DNA of 64,000 nucleotides. It comes from Antedon mediterranea. Its lineage: Eukaryota; Animalia; Echinodermata. The notes under the pieces were generated by a model that made no database searches, was not told the origin of the DNA, and saw nothing but the letters and a program-made list of their open reading frames with translations. This document shows, one piece after another, positions 1-10,584 of this stretch. Both the position numbers and the translations under genes were made by a program. The first letter of the stretch is position 1. Each line of letters opens with the position of its first letter. The stretch is from assembly GCF_964355755.1 (NCBI RefSeq), contig NC_092673.1:28765648-28829647 (forward strand), read 5' to 3'.

Positions 1-166
1 CGTTTATGTCCTTGCGTTACGTTCTAGTGGGAACCAAGCTTTATGAAGGGTGATCATCAGGTCGTTAGATAGAGTTACCAATAGTATGGATCGTGGTCGT
101 CCTCTATATTTTTGTTGCTTGCAGCTGATCAATGTAGTTGATAATTAAAATTGAGTTTTTATTCAG

Positions 167-3100
167 ATTTAGGTATATGCAGGAAACGGACCCAGAAGCC
201 TGGTTTCGCTATAAAGTTAAAGAAGCCATTTCTAATGCGACGGACAATGTTGCCGACATGTTTGGGTCAAATAAAGAAAACTTGGTTTTAGTAGAAAATG
301 CAACTACTGGTAAGACAACTAAACATTTTTTGAGAACAGCATTGGCGGCCCCAGTGGTTTTTCGAGAATGTTTTAAATTCTATATACTTTTTAGTTTGCT
401 CAGGATAGCCTATTTGAGGTTGAAGATCTTAAGTTTGGTTCCCACTAGAACGCAGCGACGTATCGACGCAACGTGTTGTATTGCGTAATGACAAATGGAA
501 ACCGACGACGCAAAAGTGCTGCAAACATCACAGGTTTATTTTACCCAGGCAACAGGAGGGCAAACACTATTATTGGAAGGGCATTTTGTAAAGCTTGGTT
601 CCCACTAGAACGTAACGCAAAGACGTAAACGCAACGCAAGCGTTTTAACCAATGACAAGCGAAGTTAAGGTCGGTGCACACCAAACGCGAAGCCGCGAAT
701 TTCGCGTTAAAAAGTGACGCACGCGGCAGGCGACGGACGCTTCCAGTGTGAACATACAATAGGCCATAAGCAGTAAATTCTAACGTTTCATCTCGTTCCG
801 ATGTCATGGATCTACAATTTCTTTACATATTTAGAATAATAATTTTATAAATAACAACATATCAAAAGTTCTCCATAATCGTGTTAGACAATTTTGAGAA
901 ATTACTGTTTTATTTTGGTACTTTATTTTAATATACACCGCGTGAGTGATTTGGTCGGGCCGAACGTTACACGTTCAAATTATCCGCAACGTCTTAAAAA
1001 CTGTACCACGTGATCGTATTTCACCAATCATGCTCTGTTTACAGATGAGGGGAATCCCCAAAACTCACACACGGCAACGTCACACGTGGACAAAAATATT
1101 CAATGATGAATGGAGCTAGACGTGGAGGAAAATTTGTTTGATTCCCCACCGAACAAATGCTACTGTAAACGAAGAAATGATGCATCTTATGATCATCCTA
1201 TTGTATTGAAATAGTCTCCTGCTCATATAAGAAATTGGATTTTTAGAATGTTACCACTTAAACCAGTGTGCTATATTAATAATATTCGTACAGAAAGGCT
1301 AGGCTAGCTAGCTACGTCTTTAGGCTCTAGCCTAAAGGCTTAAGGTAGCACACTGGCCTAGGTCTGGAGGTGTATACTAGGCTACTCTCAAGATGGCATA
1401 GGCTAGGTAGGCCCAGCAGCAGCAGCACAGTACAGTTAGGCCTGCTACTAAACTATAACTTAATGGGCTGTTATTAAGTTAAAACGGCGACAAACGGAAT
1501 ACAAAGACACAGGTGAGGATAGCATAATTTTATTTTTTAGTACATTTTGAGCAAACATAATAAATACACATTAAAATTAATATATTATTATTTATTATTA
1601 TTAATAATTACAATTGTTTGAAATAATTAATTTGGTCTGGCCTAGAGTAAGCAGGCTTTCCCTATACTGTACCTAGGCTATCCTATTTAGTATTATGCAT
1701 TCATTTTGATGGCCTGGTCCGAAGACTAGGCCTAGCTAGGCCTAGTATTCATACATCAGCCCGGTATTATTTTTATTTATAAATGCTTAATTTTAATTTA
1801 AAATAATTTATTTCATTTCAACTGTATCATTTCAATTCAATTTATATTCAATTATTTATGTCTAGGTTGTCTAGTGGAAAGGAGGCACCAAAATGCTGAA
1901 CACGTTCACTGATTCTGGTAAGTTTTGGATCCTTTTTTAATGTAGAGATGAGAAATGCCAAATGATTTATGTTTTGTTATAATTATATACAATAGTAGTA
2001 AAATTAGTAATGAAAGTTAAAATACAGTAGTAATGAATGCAAGAAATAGCTGAAAAACATCCATTACTTTAAAAATGTTTTATATACCAGGTTGCATTGT
2101 CAATAAACACTATATAGTAATGGAAAGTGTGTGGTAGAATAAGTAAAGTTGAAAATGTTTCAACATTTCTGTGTATGGTTTACCACAAATCTGAACTAAT
2201 TTTTAAATATAAAACCAAAAAGATTCATTGTAATTTAATAATATTCAGTTTAACTAAAATATTAAGTAATCAATATAAATTAGATAATCTATTCTTGATT
2301 ATTTGTTACAGAAATGATACCAACTTCAAAACAATTGTCATCATCTTGAATTTTTCATAAACTTCAAAACCATCAACTGGCTGAATGTAAAATACTTACT
2401 GCAAATGTTGCTGAATCTATGTTTAATTGTACCTACCTACCACGTAGTATGTACATACTGTATATGAAGGATATTCCACATAGTAATTATTACTTATTAA
2501 TTAGTTAAAGTATATTTGCTATTTCCATTGTACACTGGCCATGCCGCACCTGAAATTGACAACTTTTCTACTTGACTACTAGTTATGCTGGTACAACGTA
2601 TCTAGAGAAGAGTAGGATTATATACATTGTATATTGGGCAACATGTAGGGTTGTAAAAAAACACAAATCCAAAAGAAACAAAAAAAAATAAATGAAAATA
2701 CATTACAAGGTATTTGTTGTATATTGTGTGTATATATGTCCATCTCATATCATTATCAATAATAATAGTTCTCTCCACAAGACTTACATTCATGTTATCA
2801 ATATAAAAACAGTAAAAATGGGCTGGCAGGCCTACTTATCTGGTGTTTCACAGAAAAAAATGGGTTGTTTTTATGGAAGCTCCTGGCCTAAATTGGCACT
2901 AAAAACTCCTAAAAAATGCAATATTTAAGTTACAATAAATAAGTTATTGCATAATCATTTATTGTTTGTGTTGAAAATTTACTCAGATGTCACTAACCTA
3001 TTAGCATACCCATTGCATGAATATAAATATTATTATGGCAAGTCATTTTCTAAGAAATCATGTAGGCTTACGTACTCCTCAAAAACAAATAAAACATCAA

Positions 3101-6100
3101 AATTATCTATAAAATTTGCAAATTCTCAGCTGGTGCAGTGCATCTTCCTATATAAAAAAAATCATCCTATATAAAAAAAATCATCAAGCTGGTTTGAAAA
3201 GGTTGTTTATCAACCCTCTCGGGTAGTTGTACAGAAAAGGCATAGTATTTATTCAGGCGCCTTTTACGGTTTGAGTCGAGTTCACACAAAATTGGCACTA
3301 AAAACAAAAAAAATGCAATGTAAGTTACTATCATATTATTGCATAATAATTTCTTTTGCGTTGAAACTTCACTTGTGTGTCACTAACTCACTAGGATACC
3401 CATTGCATGAATATAAATACATAGTGAGAGTTGATTATTAAAATATAACTGCTCAAAAAACGACTAAAAGATATTAAAATTATCTATAAAATTGGCCAAA
3501 TCTCAGTTTTTGCATCTTCATAAATAAAACCTCCCTGAAGCTGACAAGCTGAAACTTTGAATCTTGTTTAACAACCCTCTCAAATAGTTGGGAAAAAAAT
3601 ATAAATATGGTATGTCAATTAGTTACGAAGATATTGTGTCTTAAACATCTTGAAAAGTGCAATTACAACTAAATAATTGTAATTTTTCAGTTTTCCTCAA
3701 ATACAAAATACTTATTTTTTAAATTTTAAATTTTGGATAAGTGTTCACAATATACTGGACTACTCACAGAGAAAAGACAATTGCATTTGGACAAAGACTT
3801 TTAAAGATATTGGCCCATAAAAGTACCTCCAGACCTCAAAAAGTGCCTTTTTTGCAGTAGTGGGGTACCTTTGAGAGGCCATTGCTCAAAAGTGTACAAG
3901 TATTTCATGGAGAACTTTTGATATAGTATGTGTAACATATTCATTTCACAATATCAACTTTCAAAATGTAGATCCAAGAGGTGGGAACGAAATCCATGTT
4001 CTAGGCATCTTTTGAGCTACTGCTTATGGCCTACAAGCGAACAGTGTACGATAGTCGAATTTCAACTTCAACGCGTTGAAAACGACAGCAGCGAAGGCTT
4101 CGCACGCGAATTTTCAAAAGTTGAACCTTGGTCAACTTTTTGAGGCGTCGCGAGCGCGGTTTGCGTTCGTCAACCAATCAGAAGTCAGGAATATCTCTCA
4201 TCGACGACACCGACGGCAAAAAAATGGTGGCTGACGAGCGAGGTCTTTATGGAAATACTTACCCTTCTTGTCTTTACGATAAGGGAAGTAAGTCATACAC
4301 AAACAGAAACATAAGGATTAATGCATGAAGACAATAATTTCAGACAAACATCTGTGTAGAAGAATGCCAGAAAAACTAGGCCTAAAACGCGTCAGAGATC
4401 AATTTGTAAAGTGAGTTGGCAAGCCTTCTATTTCTAGCCTACCTAGGTTTAGGCCATACTAGGGCCTAGCTAGGCCTACCTAGCTAGCCTGGCTACATAT
4501 ACCCTAGTAGGCTAGGCCAGGCCTAGCCTAGGTTAAGCCTACAAATAAATGAGTACAGTAGCCTACTAGGCTAGGCTAGGTTTAGCCTAGGCCTAGGCTA
4601 CTTATTATTATTAATTAATATTTATAGGCCTAATATTTAGTTGATTTAGTGTTGTAAGGCTAGGATAGGCCTAGTAGTAATATTAATACATAAATACTGT
4701 TGTTTTTGTTTCTTTTATTTTAGGTCAATTAGATGAACATTGATAAATTGGATCCTTCAGGCTATTACCAGCGTTTATACAAACTCCACCAATGACCAAG
4801 CTAGTAGTTTAAGCGGCCAGTAGGCCTATATTGCCATGGAATTAAGAGCAATTGCTCTTCAAAAACGTGGACTGGCAATTATGAGGCTGACACAGGTTTG
4901 TATAGACTTTTTTCAAATGTGTATGTCAGTTGGTGACATACATTGGCCAGAAAAAATGATTTGAGCAATATGCCTTACTATAGCAATTTTTTAATACTTG
5001 TTTTATTTTTTTTATAGAAAATGGAAGAGATTAAGGAGGAGTTGGACTGTAACTAGTATTTATTAAGTGGTTATAGAAGGAAAGCTGAACTTAATGTCTT
5101 TTTTTAGCAATAGAGAACACATGGAAATATATGTATATGTTTTGTTATACTCCAATACTAAAAAAATAGTCAAATTGGCTGCCAGCTAATGGAATTTTTT
5201 TCATTTTATAAGTGAAAACAAAAGTTTGTTGGGGTTTTTTTTTCTATGTAAGTGATTAACTTTGTTAAAACTACAAAATGTCCTATTCAAATTTGATTTT
5301 AATCATCTTCATTTTTCATGATTCTATGGGACAATACATCTTTAAGTTTAGTGTCATTTTTTGGACAAGATATATTGTCTTCCTGAAAATATAATTTAAA
5401 ACATTTTCGTTGTGTGTGTAATACAGTATACAGTAACACTTTAGGGTTAGTTATTCACTTTTAACAATAATAATATTTCTTCAATTTTCTTCTTTTTTTT
5501 TTGGGATGATACCTTTTAAATTTATTATTTTGATATTATTTTGCGAAAATATTCAGGAGTAGTAAAAAAGAAAATCTGGTTGATATTTAATGATACCTTT
5601 AAAAACAATGATTCACTATTTAAATAAGTGTATTTATGTGAAAAAAAGTCATAAGATAATATAAAGTGTAAATATGAGTTTGGGATATTTATTACATTTA
5701 ATCAAATGAGAAAAAAACTGTATGTTTTGTCATGAATAATATAATATTTAATAATAATTAGAAAATGAATGTGAAAACTTTACATTAATATATAGGCCTA
5801 TAGTTTATTTTATTTATTTATTTATTCAATTTCTGCCATAAACATAAGAAGACAAAACAATTATAAAAGGAGGCACAGAAAGACCAAACAGGTGCTAAAC
5901 ACCTATGCTATAGTAGGTCAACCCATGGAGATCCCAGTTCGTGTTTATATGAAATGTTTTATATGGTTATAAAATGTTGTTGCAATGTGACTGTAATTAT
6001 AATTGCACCTCTGTTGATTGGTAGGCTGACGCTGCAAAAGATATTTGTAACACCACTAATAAATATACTCAGCAGATCACATGTACGTGTAATCAACAAT

Positions 6101-8597
6101 AAACGCTTTAATTCTTGTAACTGTATTGATATTGGATACATCTTCTTCTGTCCTTGTGATACGATGTTTGACTGCTTGTTAATATACACACAATCATGCA
6201 CATTTCAGGCTTTGGAAAAGGATAACATTTTCCCACCAAAACCAAACACTGTGATTGGTTTAACCAGGGAAGAGTTAAATTACATTTTAATTTAACTCTT
6301 CCCTGGTTTCACTTACACTATTCATTGTATGCAGATCCAACCTGGAACACCCTAGCAATCGCGCCGAATCAGCACATCGTGACGCGTTTAGTGGGAACCG
6401 ACAAGAAAAACTAATAGACGCATGACAATTCAACTTTCAAAGCGATCCGTCAAATGACGCGTGACGCATGACGCTTCGCGGCTTCGCGTTCGGTGTGCAC
6501 AGGCCTTTATAGACAGTTAGCAATCACAAGCGAATAAGCCATCGCTTGTGATTGGTCAATTCACTTGTGTTGCGTTACGTCCTTGCGTTGCGTCGCTAGT
6601 GGGAACCACGCTTTACGTTGCGTGGGTTGCGTTAAGTTGCGTCGCTAGTGGGAATCAAGCTTTCGGTCTTGTTGCAAAATAAACACATGCTTTTATTCTT
6701 CTTATTCCATAGCTGCTAACACCATTTTGAAATCGCTAAGTTTCTCTGAAGGTGATAAGATACTGATAACCACACACACATTTATGTGTGTTAAAAATGC
6801 TGCCATGTTTATAGCTAATAATAATCCAGGTAAGAATAAACTATTTTTTAAAATTAATTTATTAATTTTTTGTTAATTCTCATTTTAGGCAAATTGCCAA
6901 GGATAACCACAAGTGAATTCATTCACTATCCAGTGTACCACTCTGTATGCATTGACCATATCTATCTAGCAGTATATACTAGCCCAAAACTAGAACTAAA
7001 TTATTAGGCACATAAAGCTCTGTCTGATCTACACCATATTATGGTAGTGATATGCCCAAATATGGTAGTGATATGCCCAAATATAGTAGTAATATGCCCC
7101 TATCCATATAAATGGGCATATCACATTTATTGTCACATAATGTTTGATAGTGTAGACAGAGCTTAATACTACTTATTACGCTTTTTGGTATCAAGCCTAT
7201 CCATTGTCAATGATTGTTTAGGCGTTGAGGTAGTTGTCATGGCTATTAATTTACCGATACTGAGTAAACAGCAATTGGTTGATAGTCTTCTAGAGATGCT
7301 CAATTGTCATCGTGGAATCAAACTCGCCATCCTAGACCACATCACTGGCCCGTCTGGCATTCTGTTTCCGATTGAAGACATGATACCACTATGTCATCAA
7401 AGAGGGGTAATGGTAATGGTAGATGGTGCGCATGCTCCTGGACAGGTAGAGCTTAATTTAGAAGAAATCGGAGCGGATTTCTACTTTGGTATGTTGAAAA
7501 TCAGTGTAGTCCACACACCAGGTTTCAGTGACGCAATGTGCGCTTTCAAACATTGATGGCAATGCGACGGCATTTGTACGCGCGCGTAAACTTTCTGTTG
7601 ACACTGTCTAAAACATTTCCGACATGTCCTGTGTTTTAAATGGTGTTCCATTGCCTAATATTTGCTATTTCCATATGTTTTATTCTTTCAGGAAATCTTC
7701 ATAAATGGTGTTATTCAGCCCGTGGATGTTCCATCCTGTATGTTAACCCTAAACATTCAGATAAAGTAAATCCATTAGTAACATCAAAGGTAGAATGTCC
7801 TCGATTACGTAACAGATTCCTGATGCAAGGAAGCAAGGATTACACCGCCCTCTGCTCATCGTCTGCGGCTGTAGAATTTCTTCAGGACATCGGAGGACTA
7901 GTGAGTATGAGTATAGGCCTAAGTTGTATATAGTTGGTTGCACAATCGACGTCAAAGGATGTACGCGCCAATTTACACAGACGAGCGGTAACCGTAAGCG
8001 GAAAACTACGTAGCTTGTCCTACGTAGAATCTGTATGATTGTATCCTGAGCGGGAATCTCTCGTCCGCTCCGCGCTGTGTATAAGGAATAACATAGATTC
8101 TATATTGTTTATTTACCGTTACCGCTCGTCTGTGTAAACTGGCCTTACTTCTTCGGCTTCTAAATCCGTCATTGTAGTGCAAACCACATCATTGCTCTTT
8201 CCTTGTCAAAATTCGAATAATAATTTTTGAAACATTATCATTTCCAATGCTTTATTTTTAGTCTGCTGTAAAGAACTACAACGAGCCAATGTTGAAGTGG
8301 GCGACAGACATGCTCTGCAAAGCCTGGAATACCACCACAATTCCCATTCACGACAGTTTAAAGGCACCGTTTATGATTCTGATAAAACTACCTGATTTTG
8401 AAAACATTCCATTAACTCCAGATGGAAGTAAGGCAATAGCTCTGAGTGTATACCAAAAACACAAAGTGCACATAGCAGCAACCCGTGTGAACGGCCGCTT
8501 CTGGCTTCGACTCTCTGCTCACGTTTATAATACAAAAGATGATTATTATAAATTAAGAGATGCGCTCATGGATATTTATCTACCTCAATTAAGTTAA
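167..8597 (+). CDS. PLP-dependent class V aminotransferase-fold C-S lyase (hercynylcysteine sulfoxide lyase Egt2 / L-cysteine desulfhydrase / isopenicillin N epimerase-like), paralogue 1; first coding exon lies upstream of the window. Exons 167-309, 6713-6829, 7222-7488, 7692-7900, 8262-8597
   Basis: All exons are GT-AG bounded and join in frame. Motifs VENATT, ILDHITGPSG, VDGAHAPG, GNLHKW (PLP lysine) and WLRLSAHVYN. Internal exon lengths (143/117/267/209) are identical to paralogue 2. Confidence 0.9.
760..4033. mobile_element. ~3.3 kb non-autonomous TIR DNA element (Academ-like termini, tentative) inserted in the Harbinger element
   Basis: Perfect 16-bp terminal inverted repeat TAGGCCATAAGCAGTA / TACTGCTTATGGCCTA, further inverted blocks (TGGATCTACA; ATATCAAAAGTTCTCCAT), and CAA on both flanks (757-759, 4034-4036). 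The superfamily is inferred from TA..TA termini plus a 3-bp TSD. Confidence 0.65.
4224..4410 (+). pseudogene. Degenerate MADF/Myb-SANT DNA-binding gene of the Harbinger element
   Basis: YPSCLYDKGSKSYTNRNIRINA* followed, after frameshifts, by VEECQK..*..VRDQFVK. This resembles the MADF pattern (YPCLYD..YKN..NAW..VEECKKRW..LRD), with stop codons where Trp is expected. Confidence 0.7.
7016..7163. mobile_element. MITE family C (TIR AGCTCTGTCTACACTATCAAA, internal ~20-bp ATATCACTACCATATTTGGGC repeats). Other copies near 15300, 20985, 24008, 24925, 25257, 28263, 29719, 31209, 31823, 32553, 40400, 42190, 44608, 45830, 54716
   Basis: The same TIR and internal repeat recur at about 16 loci, with TAA/TTA flanks typical of PIF/Harbinger (Tourist-like) MITEs. 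Confidence 0.85.
7966..8145. mobile_element. MITE family D (TIR GGCCAGTTTACACAGACGAGCGGTAAC); related copy near 19050-19230
   Basis: Inverted termini TTTACACAGACGAGCGGTAAC / GTTACCGCTCGTCTGTGTAAA. Confidence 0.7.
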
Positions 8598-8599
8598 TA

Positions 8600-9585
8600 T
8601 AGCCTATAAGTGCCCACTATTACATAGAATAATTTATATATTGCATTAATGTTTTATTCTAAATTTATCTACCTAAATTAAGTGAATATTATTTTTTCCA
8701 CAGTTATGAACTATTCTATAATCTTTTGAAATTTTAATTTAAAAACAAAAACAGTCAAAAACTCGATTAAAACGATTTTGGCTTCGAATTTCAAGCTGCT
8801 AAGAATATTTAAAAAATAATTATTTTATTATAAATTGATGGATTTCATGATTTTGAATATAGGCTAAATTACCTAAATTATAACCTTATGGCCGGTTATG
8901 AAATATTTTATAGTACTTTATAATTTGTAATTCATATAGTTGTTGTTAATAGGTGCCCACTTATTATTAAATAGAATAATTTATATAGGGCCTATTGTAT
9001 TTTGAAATGTTTTATTCTAAATTTATCTACCTAAATAATTAAATAGTATTTATGGTTCTCAGTTATGAAATATTTAATAATAATTTGAAATTTAAATTTT
9101 TTAAAAAACTCGAGATTTTGGATTCGAATTTTGAGCTGTTTAGAATATTAAAAAATAATTATTTTATTATAAATTAATGGATTTCATGATTTTGAATATT
9201 AGGCTAAATTACCTAAATTATAACCTTATGGTTATGAAATATTGGTTGTTCACTATTAAATAGAATATTATATTGTATTTTGAAATGTTTTATTCTAAAT
9301 TTATCTACCTAAATTAGGCCTAAGTAAATATTATTTATGGTCCACAATTATGAAATATTTTATAATCATTTGAAATTTTAATTATAAAAAAAAAACAGTC
9401 AAAAACTCGAGTAAAAAGCACGACTTGGGATTCTAATTTCGAGCTGTTCAGAATATTAAAAAAATAATTATTTTATCATAAATTAATGGATTTCATGATT
9501 TTGAATATTAGGCTAAATTACCTAAATTATAACCTTATGGCCGGTTATGAAATATTTTATAATTTGTAATTCATATAGTTGAAAG
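8600..9585. repeat. Imperfect tandem repeat of ~300-350 bp, 3 copies, immediately 3' of lyase paralogue 1
   Basis: The blocks GTTTTATTCTAAATTTATCTACCTAAAT and TGGATTTCATGATTTTGAATA..GGCTAAATTACCTAAATTATAACCTTATGG each recur three times. Confidence 0.85.
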
Positions 9586-10584
9586 CTTTTAGTAGAAACT
9601 AATCAATTGGGCATGAAGTAAGCATAAACCGAAATAATATTTAAGAGGATAAGAAGAAAATGATGATTATGATTATTTGATTATATTTATAAATCATATT
9701 ATATTACGTAATTTGTTTAATAATGTATTGTAATAAGGACTTAACACGAACTGATGATGAAAACATGATTTGTTTTTGTATTATTTAACTCACAAATTAT
9801 GGGGTAGATTTTCGTACGTCAAGAGAACAGAAATGAAAAAATGATTTCGATTTTTAAACATAACGTTTATTAAGCACAATTAGGAAAAAAGAATAAACCA
9901 TGAATAAACTGTAGTGTGCATGTCGATTCCGTGGTGTGGACAGAACCTATAAGTTTTCGCAAAAACAACTAATGAAGCGTGAGTGTGGACAAAACCTAAG
10001 TTTTGCCAAACCAACTAATGAAGCGTGACGTGCAAAATAATCATATTAATTCTTATAATGTGATTCAGTGAAGCGTAAGGAGCAAGCAGCGCGCGGCTAG
10101 AATTTAACGTTAAAGCGAAACGGTAAGTAGGCCTAGTACATTTATAATACGTTTATAATACTTTGATATGATTGTTGCCTGGTGGTAACACAAAGGTGCA
10201 AACATAGTAAAGTGTACGGTACTGTATGTATTAGAAAACGACGTGTTATGATAGAGGGTGGCGTAACTTAATCCACACTTAGGCTTATAAGGTAATAACG
10301 ATTACAGTGTAACGATAGGCCTAATTGTCTTCTTGTTCACCGGGTGGGGATCTAAATAAAAGCACTGCGTTGCAACTTGCAAATAGCCCGGCAAATAGAA
10401 ATCTCGGAATACAATTAAATATATTTGTCGATGTACGCCAACTATAATACGTTAATCCATTGATCACTGAAGTATTGTTATTTCTACCACGGGCTGAGCA
10501 GCCCGCAGTTGAAATGCAATCCCTAACATCCATGATTTTCACTCAGGCACAGTTATCGATGACTAATTTTACGTTATATTTCAG

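Larger units (their letters stand above)
668..6506 (+). mobile_element. PIF/Harbinger-like DNA transposon, ~5.8 kb including its nested insert, non-autonomous or decayed
   Basis: ~32-bp TIRs (AGGTCGGTGCACACCAAACGCGAAGCCGCGAA / TTCGCGGCTTCGCGTTCGGTGTGCACAGGCCT), TTA target duplication at 665-667 and 6507-6509, and an internal MADF remnant. Confidence 0.8.
592..6612. mobile_element. Harbinger-type MITE family A, split copy (592-667 and 6510-6612)
   Basis: The halves rejoin as ...GACAAGCGAAG-TTA-TAGACAGTTAG..., matching the reverse complement of the intact copy at ~42454-42631. Flanks are TAA/TTA. Confidence 0.85.
432..6661. mobile_element. Harbinger-type MITE family B, split copy (432-~588 and ~6616-6661); outermost layer of the nested stack
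   Basis: TIR AG(T/C)TTGGTTCCCACTAG...CTAGTGGGAATCAAGCT. The two halves rejoin to match the uninterrupted relative at ~47103-47351. Confidence 0.7.
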
